Shown in pieces: positions 1 to 14,439 of a stretch of 64,000 bases of DNA; the stretch's first letter is position 1; each line of letters starts with the position of its first letter. The notes under the pieces were generated by a model that made no database searches, was not told the DNA's origin, and worked only from the letters and a program-made list of their open reading frames with translations. The stretch is from Octopus sinensis (Eukaryota): NCBI RefSeq assembly GCF_006345805.1, contig NC_043003.1:95108001-95172000 (forward strand), given 5' to 3'. The position numbers were made by a program, and so were the translations under genes.

Positions 1-141
1 AATGTAATCAGTTATATTTGTGTGTCCCTAATGATATGTAAATGCATATATTCACTTGATATTGTCATCAGACAAGATAAAAATAGTCAATGTTTTTAGA
101 CTTATTTTTATTTATTTATTTCCAAAATTATCTTTCCTTCA

Positions 142-204
<63 letters not shown>

Positions 205-929
205 CTTCTCTCATCTGAGCATTTAAACAGATTTCAAGTAATGTCACTGTGACATTTTTTTTTTAAATGTAGATTTTTTTTCTGCAAATGTATTTAACTG
301 AAATAAATGACTGATTGTAAACAGATTTTACTAAAATAAGCCATATAACTTATTAAGAAAATAATAACAAAGCAAGCTAAGATAAACAAAACGTCTGTCA
401 AAGGCTGACATTAATGTGTAGCTTCAGTTAAAGATGTTTTATCATAGCATTAATTCTTGTTTCAATAAACACTTCTGCTATCTTCTTTCATTGACCTCTC
501 ATCATTATAAACAGCACTCTTGTATTGTTTGATAATATTCTTACTTTCTTTAATATTACTCTCACCCTTTTTAATACTTCTCTCATTCTGTTTTCTGGTA
601 TTTGTACTTTTATATAATAATACCGTTGTGGATTTTTCTTAGTAATTTGTATTTTTTAAGCAATTTCCAAATGCTGGTATTCATGTTTTTTTTTTCTGTT
701 GTTTTTTAGCTGTTTTCTTTTCCCTTTCTATTGTTTGTCATTCTTTTGAGACTGTTTTCATATATTATTTTATGGAATTCTTCTACTTAAAGATAATTCA
801 TGTTTTTGATAATGCTATCATATCAGTTGATTATATCCTAATTTTATTTAGATATCACTCTCTCGCACCTTATTCAGTATACTAACAGAATTAAGAACTA
901 AATAGCCCTAAATTCTTGGAGTTCTTTTA

Positions 930-1812
930 TGAGGTCTGATCAATAAGTATCCAGACTGTTGCTAAAGTAACACTAACAAAGTAACATAGTAATGAAGCTA
1001 AAGCATACAGAGTGAAACCGCTTGGCACAGCTTGACTTTGAACCCTGTTGTGCATGCACTCTAAGTTTTAATATTCTAGCTCACTTCTGCTGTTTACAGC
1101 AGTGCTTAGAAGGAAGGTGTGTAGTGTCTGATCGCATTGACCCTAAAAGAGTAAGTTGAGCAGAGAATCTGCATCAAATTTTGCCAAAAGCTTGGCAATA
1201 CCTGTCCAGAGGCCTATGCAAAGTTTTCAAAATATTTTCATCGTTCTCAACACAATCAACGAGATCTTGTACAACTGAAACCCGAGTGTCTTTATGATCA
1301 GCTGAAAGCAGTTTTGGCACAAACTTGGCAGACATGTGTCTCATACTCAAATCTTCATTGATAATGGACTGAACTGAACCATAACTAATCTGTACATCAT
1401 CTGATAACTCACAGTTAGTGATTCGACAATTTCCCCCCACACAGCTGCATGCACATCTGCGATGTTTTTCTCAATTCTGCTGGTTGTCAGTCTCCCAGAA
1501 CATTCATCAATATTGACACTTTTTAGTCCATCTTGGAAATGTCTGAACTACTCATACACTTTCCACAACTTTGCACAGGCCTCTGAGCAGGTATTGCCAT
1601 GACAACTTTCTCTGTCATGGTCAATGTGATGATCACATGCTACATACCTTCCTCCCAAGCACTGCTGTAAACAACAGAAGTGAACTACAATATTAAAACT
1701 TAGTGCACATGCACAGCAGAGTTTAAGGTCAATCTTTGCTAAGCGGCTTCACTCTGCATGCTTTAGCTTCATTACTATGGCAACAGTCCGGATACTTATT
1801 GATCAGACCTCA
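930..1812 (-). mobile_element. Internally deleted mariner DNA transposon with TIRs
   Basis: TA|TGAGGTCTGATCAATAAGTATCCAGACTGTTGC at the left is inverted as GCAACAGTCCGGATACTTATTGATCAGACCTCA|TA at the right (TA TSD). Minus ORF 1174-1440 (ISYGSVQSIINEDLSMRHMSAKFVPKLLS) is a mariner transposase HTH/WVPxxL-region fragment. Confidence 0.85.
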
Positions 1813-4758
1813 TATTTGGTTGATAGTAGTTGATTATGTATATTTTATCATGGAAGTGTATTTGTTATTTTTTAATGTCATCTATCTCTATCCTTAAAAT
1901 TTGGTCATGCAAATTTTGAAACCTATCAGATTTTATGATACTAATTATTTCGATTAATTTATAGATGAAAATAATTTCCAATATGTACTTTTACTCTACT
2001 TTTTGATCAGTTTGATCTCTCATTATTTATTAACCCTTTTAATACCAACCCTGCTGAGACTGTCATTGGTTTTATGATGCACACTAAATCTAAAATTAAA
2101 TCTAAAAATTTTCTGTCAAAATTTCACTCCAAACACCAACTTTATAATGATTAAGTAATTTTTCTATATTCTTCAATATTTTCAAAATTATTTGAAATGG
2201 AAACTGTATTTCAGCAGAAATATGGTAACAAACAAGTTAAGCATTTTATTCTTGGATATACATAGTACCAATCTGGATTCAAACTAATAGAAACTAACCT
2301 ACTAGTCCACTAGAAATCTGTACTGATTGGAATATGAAACTGATTGGGATCTTGTGTAGATATAAATAATAACTTTTAGTGGTGAGGCCACTAGTCTGTT
2401 GAATGTTTAGTCTTATCAACAACTGTTAATCTCAGATATATAGATATCAAGGCTGTGTGATTTTCAGTTTTTCTTGGTTTCACATTGGTCTGAAAGGTGT
2501 TGGTACAAAGTTTTTCCAGTCATAAATTCAGCTCTAGCATTGCTAATTACTATCATTAAAAAAATTACAAATATTTTATTTCATAGTTTTTATACACAGC
2601 TTTAATTTCACTTTTGTTGGGTGAATTTTTATGACTAATTATATTTTTTTAAAAAGATATTTGATTTTGCATCTACATTTGGAATTCCCTTTTCATTTTT
2701 ATCAATTGAAAAACAAAATCAAAACTGAATTTTTCTTTTTTTTTTTTTTTTTTTGTGACAGTTATGTGATTTAGTTTCAGTAAAAACAAAACACTTGAAA
2801 TATATCCCCTAAACATGTTTTTGTGACCTATGCTCATGTTTTCCACATGGATACCATCTGATCAAAACATACAGATACATCTAATATCTTAAAATGTTAG
2901 AATTTGTGCTTAACTATTTATTATACAGTTTCTAGTGGAGCTGCTGTAGGAAAAGAACCACTATTTTTCAAACTAACAAAATGAGCTAAAAGCAAAAATT
3001 TAAAAAAAACAGTAAAATTTTTGCTGAATCTGAATGTGACTATTTGAATAAATAAATAAATTGCTAATTTTAAAGATATCTTGAATTCTTTTTCATATTT
3101 TTTTACAAATAGTTGGGAGCAGTGTACTATCTGAAATACAGATTTTGAATCATTGGAGTTATACACTTCTTAAAATCATCTTAGATTTTTTTATTTGTTA
3201 AATTATTTATGTCTTGATGTAATTTCTTAGACTTTGTTTTGATGCTACCATCTAAAGAATTTTATTAATGTTTACAAGGCAAGGTTTGACATTTGAACAA
3301 TAAATGTTGAGATGATTAAATGTGACTTTTATTTTACAATAGAAACACTTTACAACTAAACTGTCTTTGTTATTGATTAATGATGTGAAAAATAATATTG
3401 ATCTGTGAATAAAAGAAAAACTACTGAATTATATAATTGTATTTTTAATTTTTGTTTAATGCCAGATGTTATTAACTCTTATGTGTTTAATATCTGATAT
3501 CTCATTTTATTCAGACTAAGATATATCTATATATGAGTTTTAAGGCTACAAGGAATTTATTTATTGAATTATATCTCATTTACTTAATCATACCCACCAA
3601 ATCTGTTTCCTGTCTTTCTGTAATTCATCAGATATAATCCCTTATAATAAAAACCATGGTAATTATTTTATTTTATTTTATCTTAAGCAAATAAAATTAA
3701 AGTGATTAAATGAAATGAAACAGATATTCAACCTTGGAATGTTTGGTTAGGAATTTTTACTCTGAAAATCTTTTAATATTTCTATGATTTCTGCTAATTT
3801 TAGAATGCCAAAGTGTTCCTTACACAACCAAAGCAGCTTCCATTGAGATCTGAGTAATTAAAAGAATTTTAATTTCTAGACAGAAATTGGTGGCTGAATT
3901 AAATTATTTCCCATTTAACATCACAATGATTAATTAGAATTTTGGAATATAAGATTAATTAATTAATTTATTTATTTCTCTTTCAGTGATTGCTTTTGGA
4001 TTGCTGAAAACTCTGCTGGTTTCCCAAAACTATGGAACAGTCATTGGTAGTGTGTTCTTTGCTCTGGTATCTCTTCACTTTTACTGGTCATTGTCAGGTT
4101 GTTCTGGTTCTGCTAGGAATTCCCAAAACTCCAACATAACAAGCACTGGTGTTGAATGTACATCTTTTGGATCACCAAGTTCTGGAACTTCACGACTGTT
4201 TGACTCCTTGCCTGAAAGAAAAGAAATTGATAAAAACAAATAGTTGTAAAAGACATTTCTGTTGAGCTATTTATTTTAGTAGTTAACCAACTTCTAAAAT
4301 AATTTCAACAACTATCAAAATAAAGATGGTGGTGGGACAAAACAAAAAAAAAAATATCATTATGATTTAGTTATATCTTCTTTGATATTAGAAATTAATC
4401 TTCTGTTATAATTCATACATATATACATACAAACACACACATATAAATATAATATATGCTACAGTGTTAAGACTGAGAATTAATGCTATGTATGAACCTC
4501 TGTTAATGTCGTCATGTTAATGGTTTTGTTCTTGAAAACACCAATAACCATTTGTTATTCATTGTCTCATTTTTTTAATCAATGGAGCCTTGAAGACAAT
4601 ATAATCTTATTTTCGTTTTTCTTTTTTTTTTTATTAAGAATTGTTGAAACGCTGCTTTTTGTTTTGTTTTTTTCAGTATGTGTATTTTGTGTTCTTTTTT
4701 GTGAAAAGTATTAAACCAAGTTAAAGTCAAGTTTGGACTGTTCTTTGTGTGTATGCAA

Positions 4759-4805
<47 letters not shown>

Positions 4806-4974
4806 TCATATATACAATTTTAGTTGTAAATCACATAAGATTTTGCCTGTGGCCTGTCATGGGTTTTCTTAATTGTACAATAAGTTAATCATTAAAATAA
4901 ACTTCACTTTTCTTTGGTTGCTATTATTTATTTATTTATTTATTTATTATTGTTGTTATTATTATTATTATTGA

Positions 4975-5585
4975 AGATGGCGAGCTGGCAGAATCATTAT
5001 CATGCCAGAGAAAATACTTAGTGGCATTTCGTTCCGCCGAGGTCGACTTGGGAGTCATTAAACTACATACCAGTTAAGTACTGAGGTTGATGTAATCAAC
5101 TACCCCTCCCCCCTCCAGGTCCCCAAAATTTTCAGCTTTGTGCCTATAGAAGAAATTATGTGTAGTGAGCTGGTAAAAATCATATAACTGTTGGAAAATA
5201 CTGAATAGTATTTATTCCAGCTCTTTCTATTCTCAGGTCATTTTTACCTTTCTACCTTTTTAAGGTCAATAAAATAAAGTACTTGTCTAGGTCCTGGGGT
5301 CAGTGGTATCAACTAACCCTTTCCCCTTAAAATTACCGGCATTTTGCCTAATCTAGAAACCATTAAGAATAGTGAGCTGGCAGAATCGTAAAAGCGTCAG
5401 AAGAAATGCTTTGCAGTATTTTTTTTTTTTGGCTCTTAACATTCTGAGTTCAAATCCCACAGATCAACTTTGCCTTTCATTTTTTCAGGGTGAATAAAAT
5501 GAATTAGCAGTCAACAACCAGGGTTGATGTTAACGACTAACCCCGTCCCCTCAAAGCTGTTGGCCTTGGACTTAATTTAGGAACA
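4975..5585 (+). mobile_element. Three diverged head-to-tail copies of SINE family B (tRNA-derived)
   Basis: Repeated GAGCTGGCAGAATC...GAGTTCAAAT...CCTTTCAT...GGGGTCGATGTAATCGACT-like units. Confidence 0.6.
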
Positions 5586-6149
5586 ATTATTATTATTATT
5601 ATTGCTATTGTTGTTATAATTATCTGATCAGATCATTTTCTTTCTCAGTACATCACACTCTGTTGTGTTTATTTTTTTCTTTTTGAGGCCATGCTGGCAA
5701 ATAAAGAAATTATTGTTATTATTATTATTTTCCCTTTTTATTGTGTGGTACTAAAAAAAAAATTAGCAATAGTTTTCTTCTATTCCATAAACCCTGTAAA
5801 TTATACATGGAAAATTATCAATTGAAAAAATTAATTAACTTCTCCTTTATTTAATTTAAATGATAATAGGCAGTATTGGTAAAATGACCTTCTCAACATA
5901 CGACAATACTGTTGATAGTATAAGCACCTATCTGAGGTATGAGAACAAGTGTTTGTTTAATTTGGTGTGCTATTGGTCGATATGTTGTTCCCTATGATTC
6001 ATCTCCCATCAGTAAGTCTAGTGGTGGGTGGGGTTATCTTATATCACAGCTTGTATTGTCTAATATGTATCAAATTAGTTATCTTAGTTTCATAAAATTT
6101 TTGTGTGTGTGTGTGTGTGTGCCTATATGGACGTATGTATATAAGTATG

Positions 6150-6450
6150 TATGAATGACCATGGGATTACACTTAGAAAGTTCCCCTCCAAGGCACAAGT
6201 CTGAGCAAGGTTGTTTATGGAAGACCAGTCTCTCCTCTCCACGATACCAATGTTATTCAAAGGAAAGGAAAAAAACCAATGCAGCCTAACATCAGAGATG
6301 CTGCAATTCATTTCTACAGCTGAGAGAACTGGAGCAATGTGAAATAAAGTGTCTTGCTCAATAACACAACACACAGCCCAGTCTGGGAATCGAACTCACT
6401 ACCTCATGATTGTGAGCCCAATGCTCTTACCACTGAGCCATGCACCTTCA
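6150..6450 (-). mobile_element. SINE family C (tRNA head), diverged
   Basis: CAGCTGAG..ACTGGAGCAATGTGAAATAAAGTGTCTTGCTCAA..GAATCGAACTC..CCACTGAGCCATG; matches 30897-31215. Confidence 0.7.
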
Positions 6451-7461
6451 TTGTATGTGTGTGTATATCCATCCATTCATGTATTATACTAAATATGTAT
6501 ACCCTATTGAAGGCATGGAGCTCTGGAATTGTCTCAGATAAAATCTCTTCAAAGTTTGTGGTGTTAAAAAAAAATGTACTTCAGAGTGAGATGAACATTG
6601 CTGCTGTAGTGTGTGTGTGTCTATATCCACTTTTCCATGCTTGCCTGAGACAGATGGAATTTGTTGGGGCAAATTTTCTATAGCCAGTCACCAACTCTCA
6701 CTTCCTTCAAAGCAGAGTAATATTTCCCCATAACCAGACATGAATCAAAAACTAAGAAACAAAGGTCACTGCTTGCTTATAATTATCATATGGATGTCAA
6801 GGAAAGGAGACAAAAGCATACATACATCTTTTACTTGTTTAATTCATTTGACTCTGGCCAAGCTGGGGCAACATCTCGAAGCTTTTTATTAAAACACATT
6901 GACCATAGGATTTTTTTTCCCTCAAGTCTGTCAGTTTCTTCTGCCAAACCTCTAAGTTAAAGGGTCATAAACAAACACGGGTTATCAAGCCATGGGGTGC
7001 GGACAGACACACTCATATGACAGGGTTCTCTAAGTTTCCATCCACTAGATCTACTCAAGGCTTTGATCAGCCCAGGAATATAGAAGACACCTGCCTATGG
7101 TGTCATGCAATGCGACGGAACCTGAAACCATGTGGTTAGGAATCTACTTTCATACCACACAGCCAAATGGCACAGTCATTGGAGGGTCAGCTTGATTGCT
7201 TTGCCATAATTGTTCTGACTGTTTTATAATCTGTGCTCAAATCTCACTCAAGTCAACTTTAATTTTATTTTTGGTATCGATAAACAAATTTCTTAGTCCT
7301 ATACTGGTGCTGAAATTTTTTTCATTTGCTAGAAGAAATTGACAGAACTGGAGACATGGATTCTGCAAAGTCTAAAATGCCTGTCACACTGCTTCTATGA
7401 TGTCAAGGTAGTTAAGGACCCAAAGCATGGTGTGTATATATGTATATATATATATATATAT

Positions 7462-7660
7462 GTAGTCAGTCCAAACAAGAACAAGCAAGACAAAGAACAA
7501 CAATGCGAGGATGTGGAACAAGGCCTGTGTTACTGGATGCTCAGGAAAGGAAAGAAAAGAAAGAGAATTTCATGTTTCGAGTGGAGCTCTTCATCAGAAA
7601 GATAGAAAAAGTCCAAAGAAGGGACGATGCAAAGAAAATCGTCAACGATCCGCTGTTGCA
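7462..7660 (-). mobile_element. PLE pLTR-like fragment next to (TA)n, with decayed hammerhead motif
   Basis: Minus strand 7600-7568 reads TTT-CTGATGA-AGAGCTCCACTC-GAAA-CATG-AAA; abuts a (TA)n tract. Confidence 0.5.
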
Positions 7661-7854
7661 TATATTCCCCCCTGGACGAGACACTGGTCCGTCGCAGCAT
7701 TACTCATTTTTTGCCAGCTGAGTAAACGAGAGCAATGTGAAATGAAGTGTTTTGCTCAAGAACACGACACGTTGCCTGATCCAAGAATTGAAACCACAAT
7801 CTTAGGATCACGAGTCCAACTCCCTAACAACTAAGTCACTCACACACACATTTA

Positions 7855-8418
7855 CTCCTTTGAGTAATCTATTTTGTAAAATCCGTTCTGTCTGTCTGTG
7901 TCTGTGTCTTCTAGGATCTCAGGCATCCTCCATCCGATTGCACTCAAATTTGATATGTAGATACCGACGGTATCAGGGCATGTATAAGTGTTGAAAAAAT
8001 TATAAAAATCGATTCCAGGTGAGAATGCGATCGATAAAGTCATGGGAACGTGCATTTGTACGTGCAAGTACATCAGCTGTTGCAATCGATACTATGCATA
8101 CGCGAGAAAAATGCACATGCAGTTTGCACAAACAAGCCAGCTGGCTTGAAATAATGCCACAAAATGCAGTATATTTAAGAGACCAAAAAAGTAAGATGCA
8201 AAAGAGATATTTTCTTCAAACTTAGCATGAAGGAAGGAAAGACTATTTGGTTTCTCAAGAAGTTTTTTATGTTTTGCCTTAACTTCGTTTAACATAACCC
8301 AAAATTTTATTGAAATAAAGGCATGCTTAATTTTTTTTTTAATGAAAAGAAAACACTGCTTTTTATTCAGCAGATATGATTCAGCACTGACAATTGGACG
8401 GAGGGGCGTTTTGCTCGT
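7855..8418 (+). mobile_element. HINE/DINE-1-like (Helentron-derived) non-autonomous element
   Basis: (CTGT)n followed by ATCCGATTGCACTCAAATTT, typical of DINE-1-like cores; GC-rich 3' terminal segment GGACGGAGGGGCGTTTTGCTCG. Confidence 0.4.
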
Positions 8419-8637
8419 ATATATATATATATAAAATATGAATTAGAGATAAAACCACTATTATGCAACTCAAACAGTGATAGACATAAACCAATACATA
8501 ACAAACAAATAATATAAATATAATTAATATAATATATATATATATATTAAGTTTGGAGCTATACTCCCTAATATTATTATTATTCATATATATATATACA
8601 CACATATACATACATGTATACATGCATACATACAAAC

Positions 8638-8673
<36 letters not shown>

Positions 8674-9353
8674 TAAATGTATACATGCATACATACAAAC
8701 ATATATATATATATACTTACATTGATACATGCATGCATACATGTGAGTGTGTGTGTGTGTAATTTTACAGTCTTGAATAACATTAGATATATACATATTC
8801 AACAATACTACTTTCGCTCTGATATAATAAAATCAAATGGCTTGGAGGCCTTTTAACCTAAAGCTTATTTCCTACCAAGACTTCCTTCTGTTAAACAAGT
8901 ACAACATAAACCATCAATACAAACAGGAACTGAAATTAAAATTTAAAGCATCTAAATAGAGAATTAGCAACAAACAGTCAAAATTGGAAACTCTATCCAA
9001 ATGTAAAACCTATTAAATATGACGATTTTAAATAGCAACAATTGATGTATTTATATGTACATTTATGTTCTGCAATCATTATGAGCAGTAACACATTAAT
9101 GGATGTCATCTTTAAATAACCTTACTCCAGTGTTCTTTTATTGCACTTATAAATGCCTATAACAAGGTCGATAAATGAAAATAGTTTCATTATATTAAAT
9201 AATAGATGAATCCACTAGCAAATTAGACATTTTAAATGACAGTATTTTCTCTAATCACAATTCAGCTCAGTATTATATATATACATATTAATATATATAT
9301 ATATGTACATATATATATATTTACAGACACACACACACACACATATATATATG

Positions 9354-10101
9354 CAAACTTAAGGTTAGTTAAAATATGTTTGTGACATATTTGAACTTCT
9401 AAAGGCAAATTCACTACAGTTACTATGGAGAACTAAAGCTTCTTATGATAAAAGCACCATCTCTGCATATTTACCAAGTGTTACCCTCTCTCAAATTTCC
9501 AGACACACCGTTTCTGCCTCTTCGGCCTTCCTCGATGAGAAATATCGAAGGGAGGTAACTCTGAGTAAATTTAACGCCATTGCTTTTAACTATGTATATA
9601 TAAAAAATAAAACAGCCAGCAACATTGATTGAATTGCACTGTTGGACTGCTCGGTCGGGAAAAATCCAACGGTATCAGCGCCAAGCAGGTGATTAGGCAT
9701 ACGCGAACTTTAGGTTAGTTAAAATATGTTTGTGACATGTTTTAACTGCTAAAAGTAAATTCACTGAAGTTACCGCAGAGAAAAAAAATAATTTCTTATG
9801 GTAAAAGATGTAAAAACACCTTTAATTAATTGCTTCTTTTGCATTTTTGTTGTTTTTTTTTTTAACTTAAAACTACCATTTTAAATCTGCTCAGAGTAAC
9901 CTCTCTTTGGTATTTCCCACTGGGGAAGGCTAAAGAGCCGTAAACGCTGCATCTGGAAATCCCACAAAGAGAAGAAACACTGGTCAGATATTGTTTTTAT
10001 ACCTTTTACCACAAGAGAGAAATTTTTGTTCCCCACAGTAACTTCAGTGTGCCTTTAGAAGTTGAAATATGTCACAAACCTGTTTTAACTAGTTCAAAGT
10101 T
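9354..10101. mobile_element. Diverged foldback/MITE with ~230-bp inverted arms
   Basis: 9354-9573 is the approximate reverse complement of 9881-10101 (GTTAAAATATGTTTGTGACATATTT / AAATATGTCACAAACCTGTTTTAAC). A partial direct copy of the left arm lies at 9704-9810. Confidence 0.6.
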
Positions 10102-12534
10102 ACCTTGTCTTTCCGGTCTATTCTGCTCTATGTGTGAAAGATCCACATCTCAAAGGTATCTTTTTTTTATATGTTGGTCTGTACATTATCCAAATTCTTA
10201 ACCTATATATATATGTGTGTATGTTGTGCTTGTAAAAACACACACAGAGATATATGGTTTATTGTCACTTGACTTGGTTGATGTGCTAGTGACAGCCGGC
10301 ATGGAAGCGTGCTTTTTCTCAATAAGATAAAACATATTTGGCCCCTTTTATAGAAAGTCAGGTACTGAGTCTTTTATAGCCAGATATATAGATATAAAGA
10401 GCAAAGAATTAAACAATATTTCATTCTATTTCCTTTAGTAAGTTCAAAGACCTTTTATATTTCTGATTAACATTTCCTCATTATTATCAATATATACTAT
10501 ACTTCGTCTTTATACCCTGAATTCAAATTCTGTCATGATCAATTTTGCCTTTCATCCTTTTGGCGGTCAATGAAATAAGTCTAGCTGAGCACTGGGGTCG
10601 ACGTAATCGACTAGTCACTTCCCCACAAATTTCAGGCCTTGTGCCTGTAACATAAAGGATTGTCATTATACTATTTTGCACACTGTGCAGAACTTTCTAT
10701 TCCTACATATTCTTGAGTGCAAGAATTCAAAATGAATGGACTGCATTCAATATCACAGCCAAAGAACACTATAGATTCAGAGAAGCTTCTTATGGAAATA
10801 TCTGATAAGATGACAATACTTGTTATAAAATTGAATATAATGTTCAAATAGCTTAAATAAAGTTGTAAGTACATTGAAAATACAAGGAGAATACTTCAAA
10901 AACTTCATGCAGAAAATAACCAAGGCTGATAATGGCATTATTCAAACCAAGAACGTAGAACCACTCCCATTTCTAAGAGAAATGAACAATGTGCAAACAG
11001 AAATAGAAGCACTGAGACAAAAGGAAGCAATACATATCCATATACATATATATATATATATATAATTTTTTTAAAAACTTGGAAAAGATCCCTAAACAAA
11101 TGCAAGCAAGCATTTGAAGCAATAACTTTCTGAATATCTATCAGAATTAGTGAAACAAAGGAAAATCAATTCTGCTGAAAAATTTTACTAGAAAATTAGA
11201 AAATAGATGGTGAATACCTACAAGAAATAGAAATACGTGCACATTTAGCATTATGCTATCTAGATACAGAAATTTCCTTTCTACAAGCATGAACGATGAT
11301 ATGAAGATAAATTTAAAACAATAAACAGCTCTATGCTTACCAAAATTTTCAATTAAAATGCTGGTCAAATTCAGTAAAAACTACAAGTTAAGAAACATTT
11401 AGAAAATAAATCTACAAAACTGTATGGAAAACAACAATGCTGGTTTGACAATTATGGTGGAGAAGACTCCACAATGGAAATTAAACCATAGCGGAAAAAT
11501 ATAGAAATGAGGATACAATCAAACAAAAACACGAGATATGTTAGTCAGCAGCTGATTCAATAAAAAAAAAAAAAGGTGAATACGTTACCAACAGTTTTGA
11601 ATAAGAAAATATGAAATTTACCACATTTGGTCTTGGCATCTTTTCTCTTATACACTGAAATCCAGTAGCATAGCTAGTGGGTTGTGAGTGAGATGGGTGG
11701 CACATCTCGGTTGATGGCTTTATGAAGGCGACACTTATATAGAGGTAGCATTTTTATGGGGGTGCCACTTTTAGGTCTGCTGTATAAACTTATATATAGG
11801 GTGGGAGATGGTAAAGTCAAGGGCTGCCCCAAACTGCACATATGCTGGCTACACCATTGAAATCCTTATCGAATCACTCCAGTTTTGTGGAACTGGTAAA
11901 CCATTCCATACATTGACAATTTGTGTGGTGGTAAAATCAGCTGCTATATCCCCACCATGCTTAAAAACCTCAGCTAGTTTATCTTCAGCTTCTGTGAGTG
12001 TGGTGGGTCCCATGTTGATATGTTTAATGGTAATTTTGAATCCTTTAACTTTAGAATTATCACCCATTTTCTCACTAGCATGTTGCTATGGCTGATCTTC
12101 AATAATGTTTTCATTTATTGTGGATGGACTAGAGAAAAATCTGTGAAATGCTCTACCCAACTCTTAGGAATGCCTTCAGTACCACTGATTATTGTAGATC
12201 AATCTTTGGAATGGGGAGGAGCAGTAATTGTTTGGGAAAAGGCGATAGGCGGAAGCCCGACCCAGGCAACGCTCTTATGGGGTTGGCACTTTTGGGTCTA
12301 CTATATAAGCTTTTGTAGGGACAGAGGGCAATGAGGAAGTAAACTCAGAGGCTTTTCCAGATGGCACACGTTCTAGTTATGCCACTGGCACACTCGTCTC
12401 TACTGCATCATTTTCCCAATCTCACCAGACCTACCTCTCATTGTACCTAAATTGATACTGCTAGACATAAAGTTTTGGAATTGACAGGAGAAGGGGAATT
12501 TTTGTTGGTGCGTTTTTGGTCACAGTTGCTGTTT

Positions 12535-12853
12535 GTCTTCTTTCAGTTGATCCAATCAGCGGAACAGCCTGCACGTGAAATTGACATGCAAGTGTTTGAG
12601 CACTCCACACACACGTGACCCCTTAACATAGTTCTCAGATCTTCTGTGAATTCTCAGGGAGACTCAGCGCGATACAGAGTATGACAAGGCCAGCCCTTTG
12701 AAATACAGGTACTACTCATTTTTGCCAGCTGAGTGTACTGGAGCAATGGGAAATGAAGTGTCTTGCTCAAGGGCATAACTCATCACCGGGAATTGAACCC
12801 ATGACCATACGATCATGAGCTGAATACACTAACCACTAAGCCATGTGCCCTCA
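12535..12853 (-). mobile_element. SINE family C-related
   Basis: ACTCATTTTTGCCAGCTGAGT..CTGGAGCAA..GTGTCTTGCTCAAG..AACCACTAAGCCATGTGCC. Confidence 0.7.
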
Positions 12854-14439
12854 CTGCCTTTTTTAACTTGCAGGATATAAGAAAGCTTGTGCCATGCTGG
12901 TGAGCAGTCGGAAAGTTCATGTCCTTTTATTTGATTCACTATCAATTATCCAATCCTGAGTGCTTCCTCACACAGGCTGTCATATGTGTTGTTTATTAAA
13001 GTTATCAATTATTTATTTATTTATTATTGTCATATGTATTGTGAGGGGTACATAACCACAGCAACCTGATATTTGATGGGGTGAGCATTGCTAGGCAAAA
13101 AATGTATGTGTGTGTGTGTGTGATACAGGATAAAACACTAACAGTCTCACAAAGCGTTTAAAGCTATGTTATTTACTAGAGAAGTGATTCATCACAGATA
13201 TCCAGCATTTGGTGGTTTGCACCATAGGTATGATCAACCTGAAATGACCAGGGTTTAATGAGAAGGAAGGAAGGAGAGATATCCAAACAAAAGTTTAAAT
13301 ATTTGTGGGGAAAGAATCAGAAAAAAGAGATTGGAATTTAAGGATTCATCTTCTTGTGCTGAGGGAACCATTCTTTTCATGTTTCCCATTGTAGCAGAGT
13401 GAATAGTTTAAGTACCCGAGGTACTTGCCTGAATATGTAAGGGTAGGTAGTAGAGGAAGTAAGTTAAAGAGTGGAAGAGAGAAAGAGATTTTTAGGGTTG
13501 ACTGCAAAAATAACTTGTACAAAGCTCATACCATTCCTGTGTATGTGTGCCCACATGCCTCAAGTAAGAATAGGTTTACATAAACATCAAAACCATAAAT
13601 ACATACATGCAGACATAGACATACATACGTACGTGCGAACGTATGTATCAGAATTACTGTGTGTGTGTGTGCTTGCATGCATGTATGTAATTGAGTGAAA
13701 GACGAGAAATTGAAAGATAGAAAATAATGGAAAGAGAGAGAATGTGTGAAGGAGATCGATAGACACACACTACATTTACAAACACATTCATACATACACC
13801 ACCCCCCTTATAACCAAAGACGTAAGTGGACTTGTGAAGTTTAACAAATATCTGATGAAGAAACTATTTTTCTTATTGCAGAAATGTCTAGTAAATATTA
13901 TCATAGCTTTTAATAGCAACAAACTTATGTCTTATCAAAATAAGACGTTTTATAGCCGTACTCTCTCGACATACCTATAACTATACGTTGAGCAACCATT
14001 ATTTCATGTTCAGCATTTTTTTTTGTTATATAATGTCACATTCCTTTTAGAGTCACACAATTGTTTAGCACAATAATATGTGTGCGAATATATCGAGGAT
14101 GAATTGTATATTTCTGGTTGGGACTCTCAGGTCTCCTGTACTGAAATTGCCTGGTTAAGAGTTCATACGAGTGCAGAATACAAACAGACACCTTATATGT
14201 ATGTTATGGTATTAACCAGCATAATACAGAAGGTGTTTAAGAAGTCAAAGCAGCATAAGACATCCTCACAAGCACTAAAAACAAAGTGAAGTTGACTGTG
14301 ACTTCATACTAGTCTTCGGATGTTTAGGTGAGCTGCTTATGCACACTTTTCTTAGCTTCTAATGACCGGAAAAGTTAGAGACTGAAAATTATTTGAAACG
14401 AAGACTCAGAAGCAAACTTTGTGACGTCATAATGACGTA

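Noticed and set aside
11849-12067. 72-aa minus ORF with protein-like composition
   Set aside because: No recognisable domain or clear splice structure; probably a degraded LINE ORF1-type relic and cannot be supported
13848-13900. CTGATGA...GAAA hammerhead-like spacing
   Set aside because: Stems II and III do not pair convincingly
14422-14429. CRE palindrome TGACGTCA
   Set aside because: A single 8-mer is expected by chance and there is no promoter context
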